Shown here piece after piece: positions 11,781 to 23,741 of a DNA stretch of 64,000 nt. The stretch comes from Octopus bimaculoides (lineage: Eukaryota). The notes beneath the pieces were generated by a model that saw only the letters and a program-made list of their open reading frames with translations, searched no databases and was not told the DNA's origin. The translations under genes were made by a program, and so were the position numbers. Each line of letters opens with the position of its first letter. Position 1 is the stretch's first letter. The stretch lies in NCBI RefSeq assembly GCF_001194135.2, contig NC_068993.1, positions 36,764,259 to 36,828,258 on the forward strand. Reading direction: 5' to 3'.

Positions 11781-14700
11781 TTACCGATATTTAGATTTGG
11801 CATTAATTTTCAATATAACACATCAACCTCATTTTAGCATCCACTTTTCCATGCTTGCACGAATCAGATGGAATTCATGGAGGCAGATTTTCTACAGCCA
11901 GATGCCCTTCCTGTCACCAACATTACCTGTTTCCAAGCAAGGTAATATTTCCCCCATGACTGGCTATGCTTTTACATTAGACTGGAAACTTCTTGTGTGG
12001 TGGTGATACATGTTTATAACTATTCCATGATGTCAAGACAGTGAAACACACACGACTGGCTTCTTCCAGTCTTCATCTACAAAATCCCATGTGGTTGCCA
12101 CAGTGAGAATGAACCCAAAACCGTATGGCTGGGAAGTGAACTTCTTAACTACACAGCTATACCTCTTCCTAAAAATCACTGTGATCAGGAACAATATATT
12201 TGCAAAAATGGGGAGAGGGAAGAATTTCAAGAATGGACACAACTGTGAATAATTTAAGTTTATTTTTCTTTGTCCTGCAAGTTACTCAGTGAGCTCACTA
12301 GTACTAGGGTTAAAAAAAAAGCACCCAGTACAGTGCCAAAGCAGACATTGGAAGAAGGTAGTACAGTCCTATGGCCTGTTGTATCCTGTCAAATGGATCA
12401 ACCTCTGTCAGCTTAGAAGACAGGCATTAAATGATGATGATGATGAGGAGGAATTGTAAGCTATTTTAAATTTAGATGTAAGAGAGTTGATTACAACAAC
12501 AACTATAAATGAAGATGAATAAATAACAGAAGCTGATGTGGCTGCAGGGTTATTAAATTTGCTTTGCAACTATGTGGTTGGGTGTTCAGTTTCATTATAC
12601 TGCACTCTAGTGTGTCTTCCTTGGGTCAACCAAAGACTCTTGAGCAAAGTTTGGTAAACAGAAACTATGTGGGAGTTTACTAGAGGTATTTAATCTGTGG
12701 CCTAGTTTACACCCATCACCTGCCCAGTGCATACCTTCAGCAGAGTCCACTCTATTGCAAACAGTTGGGCCATGTTTCTGGCTAGACAGTTAAGTTCTTC
12801 TCTTCCTGCCACCAACCTTAGTAGCCTTGGAAATGATTATAGGTGATTCCTTTCCACCTAAGTTGTTTCTTTCTTGCTTTCTTTCTTTTTTTTTTTTTAA
12901 AGCAAAGGAAGTTCAAACCTAAATCTAGAATGTATATTTTTCTCAGGATGTATAAATGAGGTTAAATTTTATGAACTATGTGTTAAAATTCTCTTTCAGA
13001 TAATGTAACTGACTGCAAACCCATCATTTTTGAGATCACAGTAAATTGCCAATTTTAACAAATCCATCCAGTTAATGAACAAACACCTGTACATAATCTA
13101 CAAACTGTTTTGAATTAGAATCAAATGTGTTTTTAACACTTCAAAAGAATGTCATTATGAATTTAATAAGTTATACATTGTTGTTTTAAAGTAGAAATAT
13201 AACCACAGGAAACATTTGGTTTGTTAATATTGTAAAACTTATGAAAACTGAATAAATTATTTAAAGACTGTTTATAATCATCAACATCATCATGATGACC
13301 AAATGTGTAAGTGATTTTAGATACAGTAACGGAAAGGTGTTAAAATGAGACGATAAATTTAATAAATATAAATGACGATGGTGGTTGTGATAGTAGTGAG
13401 AATGATGATGGTGATAATGAGGAACATATTTTCATAGTCTGCCATTGAAAGATTTTTTTAGCTTGTTATTTGAAGTTTTGAAGTTGGCTAAAGCACTTCC
13501 CTATTTTGAGAAAATTAGCTTAATACCTTTATAGATTTATCTTTCTCATTATATTTATTTATTTTAACTATTTTTTATTATTTGGAATTAATTTCTTAGT
13601 AAACTAAGGTGTTATAAAAATTTAAAAAAATGTCACCTTTGTCACAGCAACATTGCTGCCTCAGCATACTATCATATGTTGCTGTTTAATCTCAGGTCAA
13701 CTCCGATTGAGCAGACTGGCAATCAGAAACATTTGTCTTTTCTTTCCTTCAGGGAAATCTAAGACTGTATTATCTGTAGTGTCCATTTTGTAAGACAACA
13801 ACATGTGATTTGAGGGAAATCTGATTGCGGTTTCTAGCAAGTCTTGTAAAATATCATCTCCAATAAATCTTTTGGATAAAAATGGAATCTGTCAATTAAG
13901 GTCTAGTTTGTACTGAACAACACAAGTTGTAGGTTGTAGGGGGCTTAATATACCCAACAGTGATGATCAAACTTTTGCTGGTGATGCAACTTTCTAATCA
14001 TATGCAAATCAATTCTCCCGACTTCTTTCTACTAGTTAGCAAATATAAAATGAGTACTACATCTTATGAAATAGGATGGTTATGAGTAAATGTTTTGTAT
14101 AGGTCTGCTGGATTACAGCTGGCCTTGGGTTAAACGAAAAACCAATTACTGATACAGTATATTAACAAAATACACTGATTGCTGAATTCTTAATAAGACT
14201 GATAGATTATTCAATGAAAAACTCTGCTGTTTTTCATTATTTATTGTTAATAACAATAAATAGCAGAGTGTAACTGGAAATAAATATTTATTTTAAATTC
14301 ATGAAAATTAATTAATTTAAAACAGGTATTTAATGACAACATTTCAAAATTATCTCACCACCACCACCAATATTTCTATGAATTTCTGTCAAGTTACTTT
14401 GTAACCTCACTAATGCTGGTGCCATGGAGAAAAAAAATGTATCCAGTACACACTGCAAAATACTTGTCATTAAGAACTATCAAGTTGTTAGAAACTATGC
14501 CAAAGTTGACAATGGACATCAATACAGCCCTGTGGCTCACCGGATTCTATCGAATTGTCCAACTTGTGTCAGCATGGAAAATGGATGTTAAATGATGATG
14601 ATGACAACATTAAATCCTAAATCAGCTCCACTGAGCAGACCAAGACCAATGTATCTTACCTCAGGTAAATTACACCTAATGCTACATTATCAACTTGTTA

Positions 14701-16949
14701 GTCTTTTTTAAGGACAATAGGTAATAGGCATGGCTGCATTGTTAAAAACGTTTGCTTTGTAACTATGTTGCTTTAGGTTCATTCCCACTGCATGGCATCG
14801 TAGGCAAGTGCCTCCAACAGACTAGCACCTTATGAGTGAAATTGGTAGATGGAAACTCTACAAAAATTTGTCATATGTATGTGAATGTGTATATGTGTGT
14901 GTTTTCAGTTGTTTTGACATTGTTAACAAGCTGTGTAAAAAATAATCACCATATTGGCAGGTGTTATTGTTTATATTTCTAGCTAAAACATGTCCTAATA
15001 TTGAATTGTTTGCCAATTGAAAGAAAAATAATAGAAACAAGGGTGAATGACAGGAAGGGCATCCAGCTGTAAGACAAAAAAAACCAACTCAAATCTCGTT
15101 TAACCTACACATTTGGGTTAGGGATAATTGGCTGTTGTTTCTAGTACCTCAAGCAACCATACAGTAGTTTCCTCCACCCCAACATATGACCCAACAATAC
15201 TGTAATGTTCATTCTTTTGAGAGGACATGGTTTCATTATCCTACCATAAAGGGGAAAGTCTATTTCATTTAGCCTTAATTCCTCACTGTTCCTATGTCCC
15301 ACAATAGAAGGGACATGCCTGCAATACAGTGTTATACCATGCACTCAAACTGTATGACTCAACATTTTTGGATCTGACATATTCACTTCACACAAAGTCT
15401 TTTTGGGTCAGCAGCTACTAGTATTACTGTTCAATATTCCACAGCACTTGTCTGAGAGAAGAAAATGTGAATGACCAATTAGCAGAAATTAAAATAAATT
15501 TCAATAATACTACAGAGCTATTAGGAACAAATTAAGTTTCAGACATTAAAATCAATAAATAAATAAACCTAGCACATAACTGATCCAACCTTAATTGAGA
15601 TGTTATCCTGTTCAATAACACTAGATTTATGTTAAAACTAGTGGGTTCATTATTTTAACACCCATTTTCCCATGTTTGTATGGGTCACATGAAATTTGAG
15701 GGAGATATTCTGCAACGAGATTCCCCACCTGTCACCAATTCTCACCTCTTTTCAAGCAAGATAATATTTCCTCTATGCCTTCAAGCACGAGCTGCACAGT
15801 ATCTGGATATGTCTTTATAGAAGATTGCGAAAGAAATGGTGATGTTTGCTTGCAATTGGGACTTGATGTGAAGGCTAGGAAACACAGACACTCACATCAC
15901 CAAGCACACACACACACACAAACACAATGTGCTTCTTTTAGTTGACATTTACAAAATCCATTGACAAGGCTTGGGGCTATAGAAGACATTTAGCCAAAGT
16001 GGTGTAGAGTGGAACTGAGCCCAAAACTATATATAGATACGCTCACACACACACCATTATCATCAACATTTAATGTCCATGTCCCAAACTGGCATGATTT
16101 CCATAACTGGATGCCCTTCCAAATGCCAACCTCTTCACATCTAATGGGTGCATTTTTTCATGCCATCAGCATTAGTGAGATAATCATGCAGCTTACAAGA
16201 CTGCAATCCCTAGGAAAATGTGGAGCTTTACTGTGNNNNNNNNNNAGCATGGAAAGCGGACGTTAAACGATGATGATGATGATGATGATAACATTTTTGG
16301 TATTGTATACATATGAATAGTTAAACATGTAAATTTTTTATTCAAATAAACTAGTTTAGTGTTTCCACGACACACAAAGATAACGAAAGTATCACAGCTC
16401 AGTTAAGTAATTGGTTAGTATTTCCATGAAGTTCACACATAACAAAAGTTACCATAACAGCAAATTTACTTTGATGTACAAACGTCAGGGTAGGGGGACG
16501 GTCTAAGAAAAAGATGGAAACATACTGCTGGTTGTGTGCATTTATCGCCAAACTTTGTAAGGTTTATGCAGTAAATTGACAACATTTCATTATGATAGCT
16601 CCCACCCACTTTGGTGATCCATTCCAGGCAATACAGTCGGTATTATCAGTAAATTTTCAATGATTCGGTTGAAGGTTAGAGAGGAAGAGACGTGTGCACA
16701 ACTTAAACAATTATTTTATAACAGATAACACTGATTCAGAATACATGAGATAGCATTTTTACAGTTAATATAATAATTACCAAGAGAATTCTGCCAACTG
16801 TGGAAAACTATTACTCCTAAAGTTTAAAGTTTATCAAATAAGTAAATAATAAAATCTTTATCTGTTTCAGTCATGAGACTGTGCCTTGAAGAATGTTTAG
16901 TTGAATGAATCGACTCCAGTACTTCTGTTTATCCTTTAAGCTTAGTATA

Positions 16950-17302
16950 TCTAAAGAAGCTCACTTTGCAACCATGTGATTTCAGGTTCAGTCCCACTGT
17001 TTGGCACTTTAGGTAGGTGTCTCCTATTATAGCCTTAGACCAATCAATACTTCGTGAGTGAATTTGGTACGCAGAAACTGAAAGGAGCCTGTTGAATGTA
17101 TGTGGATATGTCTTTGTGGTTGTCTGCATTCACAGTTTGACAACTGCTGTTGGTTTGTTTATGTCATTGAAACTAAGCAGTTAGAATAAGTACTAGACTT
17201 AAAAAAAAAAAAAGTAGTGGGGCTGATATTTTTCAACCAAACCCTTCAAGGTGGTGCCCCAGCATGGCTGCAGTCCAATGACTGAAACAAGTAAAAGATA
17301 AA
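16950..17302 (+). mobile_element. Long tRNA-derived SINE
   Basis: ggttcagtcccactg..gaatttggta..gaaactgaaag..gaataagtactag..cagcatggctgcag..gactgaaacaagtaaaag. Confidence 0.7.
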
Positions 17303-17635
17303 CATAATATATACAGGGAAAACACTGGTTTTCCTGCTGCAGTTTTGAAAAGGAAATCAAAAGACAAAATCCAAAATTTGGAAAGAGCTGGCTCTTTCCT
17401 AAAACTATACGAAGATGTTTTTCCAATGTTGACTTATCTTGGTCCACATGCTTCATATGACGTCATTCATTTGGTGAAATTTATTCGAATTGGGAAAAGT
17501 TTTATGATTCAAGTATGAATTATTCCTCTTCTATATATTTCTATTTTAGTTACTAATAACTAGAAATTAATTTGATAACACTATTACCATTATTACACTA
17601 CTACCATTTATCATAAACAGTTAGAAAAAAAGTAG

Positions 17636-18197
17636 CAGCAGTAGAGGGAACCTGTGGAAGAGGTAGACCAGGAAGAGCTGGGATGAGGTGGTGAAGCACG
17701 ATCTTTGAACGCTGGGCCTCACGGAAGTGATGACGAGTGACTGAGACCTTTGGAGATGTGCTGTGCTTGAGAAGACCCGGCAAGCCAAGTGAGACCGTAA
17801 CCGTGGCCTAAGCCAGTGCAGCATAACCGGCCCATTTAAGAGTACTCTTCAATCATTGGGCAATAAACTGTGCTTGCAAAGACCTGTTGAGTCAAGTGAA
17901 GTCATTGTCATGGCTGATGCCAGTACCGCCTGACTGGCATCTGTGCCGGTGGCACATAAAAAGCACCATTCAAGCGTGGTCGATACCAGTACTGTCTCAC
18001 TGGCTCTCATGCCAGTGGCACGTAAAAAGCACCCACTACACTCTCGGAGTGGTTGGCGTTAGGAAGAGCATTCAGTTGTAGAAACCTTGCCAGATCAGAA
18101 TGGAGCCTGGTACAGCCTTCTGGCTTGCCAGTCCTCAGTCAAACCGTCCAACCCATGCCAGCATGGAAATTGGACAATAGACGATGATGATGATGAT
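17636..18197 (+). mobile_element. RTE LINE 3' end (RT C-terminus plus 3' UTR and (GAT)n tail)
   Basis: VEGTCGRGRP..WDEVVKHDL*TLGLTEVMTSD*DLWRCAVLEKTRQAK*, then UTR with two gtgccggtggcac units and the common tail. Confidence 0.85.
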
Positions 18198-18529
18198 TTA
18201 TTTTATAAATAAAAAGTACCCAAATTTTAAAAAAAAACCACAAAACAAGAACTGAAATTATTAGGGAAGGATATGGTAAAATCCGAAATGTGAGAAAAGT
18301 GGTGATGGTTTTATTGACAGGAATTATTGATGTAGAGGCAAGGTTATTCAGTGGAATGATACTGGTGTGAGGAATGAAAGAATCTAAATGTTTAGAGCAT
18401 TTTCCCTTCTCTCTAGAAAATGACAGCGGACAGAACAGTATATTCTTTCACTCTTAATGACAAATCAACTCATTAACTAACATCTTCAACAAACTCTCCT
18501 AAAGCAGGGAGTAGCCCATTGTGTGTGTG

Positions 18530-18728
18530 TGTGCCACCTGACTGGCTCCCATGCTGGTGGCACGTAAAAAGCACCCACAACACTCTCTGAGTGGTTGCCA
18601 TTAAGAAGGGCATCCAGCTGTAGAAACCTTGCCAGATCAGATCGGAGCCCGGTGCAGCCACTCGGTTTACCAGTCCTCAGTCTAACTGTTCAACCCATGC
18701 CAGCACGGAAAGCAGACATTATACGATG
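18530..18728 (+). mobile_element. RTE-type 3' tail
   Basis: gactggctcccatgctggtggcacgtaaaaagcaccc...cccatgccagcacggaaagcagac. Confidence 0.75.
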
Positions 18729-18759
<31 letters not shown>

Positions 18760-18887
18760 AATTGATTTACAAACATCTAATAATTAAAGTGGAAAAATTA
18801 TCAGGAAAGCCATTTCTATTCAGTTTTTCAAATATAGAATACTGTACCAAGGATTTTCTATTTCTAATTCTACTCTCTGACTTACTC

Positions 18888-18918
18888 TGTGTGTGTGCGC
18901 GCGCGCGCGCACATGCGT
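18888..18918. repeat. (TG)n(CG)n alternating purine-pyrimidine tract
   Basis: tgtgtgtgtgcgcgcgcgcgcgcacatgcgtg. Confidence 0.9.
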
Positions 18919-20015
18919 GCTTTCTTTCTGTAATTTTTACTTTGTAACTTTTTCTTTCTTGGAGCATCAAACTAATAATATTAACTGTGAATGTCTCTTG
19001 CACTTATGTTGTTTTGTGTATATGGTTTTATCTTTGTAATTTAACATGCATATGTATGTGTGTGAGTGCATGGGTTTGTCTACCCCGCTCCTCTCCCCCA
19101 AACAACTGGTATTGATTTGTTTACGTCTTAAAAACTAAGGTGGGACTGAACGAGTGACTGAAACAAGTGACAGAAAATATAGAAAGTATCTCAAAAATTC
19201 AGAAGAACAGTTTAAGTAAATAAGGATGATAATCGTCATGTCTATAAACCATGGGGACATTGTTGCACCAAGGCAAAAACCTCAGACCCTTTGTCTTCCC
19301 TGGATCTACAAAGAAAATTTCAATTCAGCATTATGAACCAACTAAGCAACTGTTAATTTATACAGTGCTCCACCAATGAGATGTACCTACACACAGTACC
19401 CTTTTACAATTAAGTGAACTGAGCTACCGGTACAGCAGTATAATGTACATACATTGGTACAGAGAGAGAAAGAGAGAGAGAGAGTGTGAGTGTGTGTGTG
19501 TGAGTGTAATAAGATTCAAACAGTCAACCATTCAAGAAAAGCGGGGCTGACATTTAGTCAGCTGTGACTTTCCATTTGATCTGTTACTGTCACCTAAGTC
19601 AATATTCATTAGTCATTTCCGTTTTTTGTTTTTTTTATATAATCAAATTCTATGTCTAAGTAAAGTTGGTAGACCATGATTGATTGTAATATAGGTTAGT
19701 ATATAATAGTCCTTTTAAGTAAGGAAAAAAAAAAGGAAAAAGACAAAAATTATAAGTAAAGAATAGTTAAATGTTTCTGTTGTTCAATCTTTTTGTGGCT
19801 CCCACACCTGAATTATTTATGGTTGGAGGGTCATTGAAAATTATTTCTACCTCCAACTACTCTTAGCAGTATTCTTTAAGACCTGTTTCAAAATGCTTAT
19901 TTTACCAATGCCAACAGTGTTGATTAGCAGCTGAACTAATTATAACTAAGTAAAATTTAGGTTCTACTTCTAAAGATTGTGCTTTATAGGTCTTACAGTT
20001 ATAAATCTGCTTTAA

Positions 20016-20218
20016 TTATTTAGCATTTAAACCCGTCATAGTCTATCTGTTTTATGTTCAAATGGATCAGAACATGCCTCTCACACCTACCCTACAACGA
20101 CATTCTAAACAGAAACAATCACATCGGTGAAATCTTGAAGCTATGAGATACAGCATTATTAATTCAAAACAATGTGAATAGATATTAGTTTTGAGAGAGT
20201 AATTTGAATGCTAAAGGG
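20016..20218. mobile_element. piggyBac-like MITE
   Basis: Right TIR AATGCTAAAGGG|TTAA intact; left end decayed (tatttagcattt). Confidence 0.65.
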
Positions 20219-20239
20219 TTAATTCAAAACATGATTTAA

Positions 20240-20460
20240 CATTCGCTTTCCATGCTGGCATGGGTTGGATGGCTTGACAGGAGCTGGTCAGCTGAAGATT
20301 TGCCTAGGCTTCATGTCTGTTTTGGCATGGTTTTTATGGCTGGATACCCTTCCTAACACCAACCACTTTACAGAGTGTACTGAGTGTATTTACACAGTAC
20401 CAGCATGGGTGCATTTACATGGCACCAGCACAGGTGCTATTTATGTGGCACCAGCACCCA
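20240..20460 (-). mobile_element. RTE-type 3' tail
   Basis: ttaacattcgctttccatgctggcatgggttgga...ggatacccttcctaacaccaaccac. Confidence 0.7.
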
Positions 20461-21159
20461 CGAGCCCACAAAATTAGGAATGCTCAGCTGAAGAGGGATG
20501 CAGGGGATCTCCTTGTATGCAAGGACAACCACGATTTTACTTAGCTTCTCAAGTACAGCAAACTGCTAGAAGTCTTGGTCCCTTTTTATCCCCTAAACAA
20601 TGTAAAATAAGTATTAGATTTGACAGAGCAATCTGAATGCCAAAGGGCTTATAAACCTCAAGAAGACCCTTTACTTGCTGAATATAGTTTCATACAAAGA
20701 AGCAAAATAAAAAAAAAGGAAAGCAAACAAACTTGCCTTTGCTTTTTGGCACCCCAAAAAATTGAAAATAAAAACTACTCTCAGAATCATGACAGAGTGA
20801 GACCATTAAACTATACTAGTATTTGACAAACCATACTTTTGGGAGTAAATGTTTTTAAGTTATAATGTAATATCTAAAAGCTATCTTAATGGAAAGCAAA
20901 GGTTACATCACAAATTATATCTATTTTCTCTCTGAGATATTAAACCATAACAAACTGTAGACAGTAAAAAAAGACAAAAATTCCCCCACAGAAAAGTGTT
21001 CTTCATATTAGCTTCCGCCTCCATACATTCACAAATTCAAAAAGAGAAAAAAAAGGATAAAAGAACAATGATTTAGTGTAAAAGGTGTGAATTTCATGGT
21101 TTCAGACTATGTCCACCCACACATACATTCCTTGGAAGTAATAGTTTAATTATTTGTAG

Positions 21160-21215
21160 ACACCTACACATTATCTACACCTACACATTATCTACACCTA
21201 AATATTATCTACACT
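21160..21215. repeat. 17-bp minisatellite, 3 copies
   Basis: cacctacacattatcta repeated; third copy cacctaaatattatcta. Confidence 0.85.
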
Positions 21216-21974
21216 CTCTTATGTTATAAAAACTACTCTCTTCCGTCTGATCTAGAATATGAAAGAAAAAAAAAAACACCACTTAAAAAAATTCTTTTTT
21301 TAATTAACATAGCCAACAACCCCATCACCATACTAATGAGACTTATTCCATTCGAAATCTTATGCTGGACTGAAAATTCCTAATAAAAGTCTGGAGTTTA
21401 TTTTATCCACCCACATCTGTTGCTTCCAGTCTCTCTTGAGTCAATGAGGGAATAGATATAAGCAGTCACCAGACATGCTAGGAACAGTAGCTAACTTTCC
21501 TTCAAATCATTCTACCAACTTAAAAGAAAGAAGGACACATTGGAAAATATACTTCTAGGTACACTGTGAAGTTGGGAAGTTGGGACATTACATGCTTCAA
21601 AGCCATTTTTTCTCTAACATACACTACTGAAATTAGGATGCATCTAATATACCCATGTCTTTTATGGTAATTCAGCTTCACCAGGGCTAATTTGAAATGA
21701 CCCAAGTGTTGGAGTGATGACTAACTGGCAGTAATTCCATTCCACAATAGAAGTAATGGTATAATGAAGCAATGGAACAACGGTATGTGCAAATGGAGTC
21801 AATCCATCTGGCAGGTCAGATCCATGTATCACTTGACAAACCTTAATGCTTCTTTGCCTTTGTGTCTGCCATAAAAAAAAAAACTAACATGGCCTATCTA
21901 ACAACATCAGCCTTAATTCCATCATAGCTCCTTAGTTAATGTAAAGTATAATTTAGTAAATCCTTCTTGCCGTG

Positions 21975-22131
21975 AATGGTGTGCTCGCTTTACAACCACA
22001 TGGTTTCAGGTTCAGTCCCACTGCATAGTACCTTGGGAAAGTGTCGTCTACTATCGCCTCAGGTCAACCAAAGCCTCGCGAGGGGATCTGGTAGACGGAA
22101 ACTGAAAGAAACCCATTGTGTGTGTGTGTGT

Positions 22132-22184
<53 letters not shown>

Positions 22185-22435
22185 CACACATATATATGTA
22201 TGTATGTATATATTTATATACGTGTGTCTTTGTGTCTGTGTTTATGCCCCCACCATTGCTTGAAACCAATGTTGGTGTGTTTATGTTCCCTTAACTTAGC
22301 AGTTCAGCAAAAGTGACTGATAGAATAAGTACTGGGCTTACAAAGAATAAATCCTGGGGATCGATTCCTTTGACCAAAACTCTTTAAAGCAGTGCTTTAG
22401 CATGGCTGCAGTCAAATGACTGAAACAAATAAAAC
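21975..22435 (+). mobile_element. Long tRNA-derived SINE with internal (GT)/(CA)/(TA) microsatellite
   Basis: ggttcagtcccactgc..ccttgggaaagtgtc..ggtagacggaaactgaaagaaaccc..microsatellite..gaataagtac..gactgaaac. Confidence 0.8.
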
Positions 22436-22461
22436 TACCATGTTGATTTATAGCATGGCTT

Positions 22462-22526
22462 TCACTGGTGACTCCCACAGTACAAAATGAATATTATATT
22501 CATTCTGTACTGTGGGAGTCCAGTGA
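22462..22526. other. Near-perfect 65-nt inverted repeat (hairpin)
   Basis: tcactg(gt)gactcccacagtacaaaatgaatat-t-atattcattctgtactgtgggagtccagtga; one mismatch and one 2-nt bulge. Confidence 0.9.
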
Positions 22527-23596
22527 CATACATATTAAAAAGTGTTAAAATGTCCATCACATCTCCATTTATGGATTTTTTTTTCCTACAAATAATATTT
22601 CAGATTATATAAGATTTAATGGCTTCTTTTTCGCAGAATTTATTTTATGGAGGAGCAGCAGTCCAATGATGGAGAATGACTGACTTGCACCCTTCTAATA
22701 TCAAACCTGATCCCTGACCTGAAGAATTCCATGAAACAAGTCTTCTGCACATTTTCTAAAATTCAAATAATATAGTTTTGAACTACAGTGATGTGAAACC
22801 CCATGTAAAAAAAAAAAGAAAAAAAAGAAAATCACAATTGGGAGTCACTGGTAACTCCCATGGTGGACAAAGTGTTAAATATAAGCTGCAGCTAGTTTAT
22901 AACGAATCCAGCAAACAGGTTGTTCAAATTCAAGTCTTGGTCTTTCCTCCTCTAATCACTCCTGTTGTCTTGTGGCCCAGGTTCCACACTAATCACTATG
23001 TCTAGAATGTTGACCCCTCTAGGATTTTCTCCTTGTTTATACCTTTCCCACAGGTGTTGACTTACAAAGGTCCAAGAGGGATATTTAAAGGCATCAATCT
23101 CACTGGCCAAAGAAGGCCTGCAAAGATGATCCTGATGAGTGGATTCTATTAGTGTTGTTCCTCCACCAACTGCCCAAGAAAACACAAAAGTAATTGATAA
23201 AGTTCCTTTACTATAAAGAAGAAGGGGATAAAGGAGACAGGGAGGTGGGATGAGAATATGAAGAAGAGAAAGAGGATATAAAAGAGAAAGAAAGTGAGAG
23301 AAGGAAGAGAGAAGAAAAAGGAAGGAAGAGGTGGGAGTAATAGCGAAACAAGGTAGTGAAACCTCTTAAGAGCTGTGCAAAGACAATAAATTCAAAGTTG
23401 AAAGACAAATAGTTTCTTCAGAGAAAAATAAAGTGAACGGCATTTATTGAAAATGAATTTCCAAATATTCTACAGTACATAATTAGAAAATCTCTAATTC
23501 ATTTTAACATCTAGAATAAAGTATTCCAAAAAACAGATCACTCTGGTGATATTAAGTTAGCTACCATGAATGTGATCCAGAAAGTCAAGTACAGTC

Positions 23597-23741
23597 ATGG
23601 ACAAATGAGGCCTGCAGGACTTTTCTGAATGGCACACCCAAACAAATAATTACCTTGAACTGCTTTTTGAAATGCAGTCGACCTAGTGATGAACCATGTC
23701 TCATGCAGCCTGCTTCTCAAAAAAAAAAAGTTGCCTGTGCT
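23597..23741. mobile_element. Possible hAT/Charlie-like MITE
   Basis: Ends cagtcatggacaa / ttgcctgtgctg; the internal gatgaaccatgtctcatgcagcc..cttctca segment recurs near 37600-37665 (+) and 49810-49905 (-). Confidence 0.4.
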
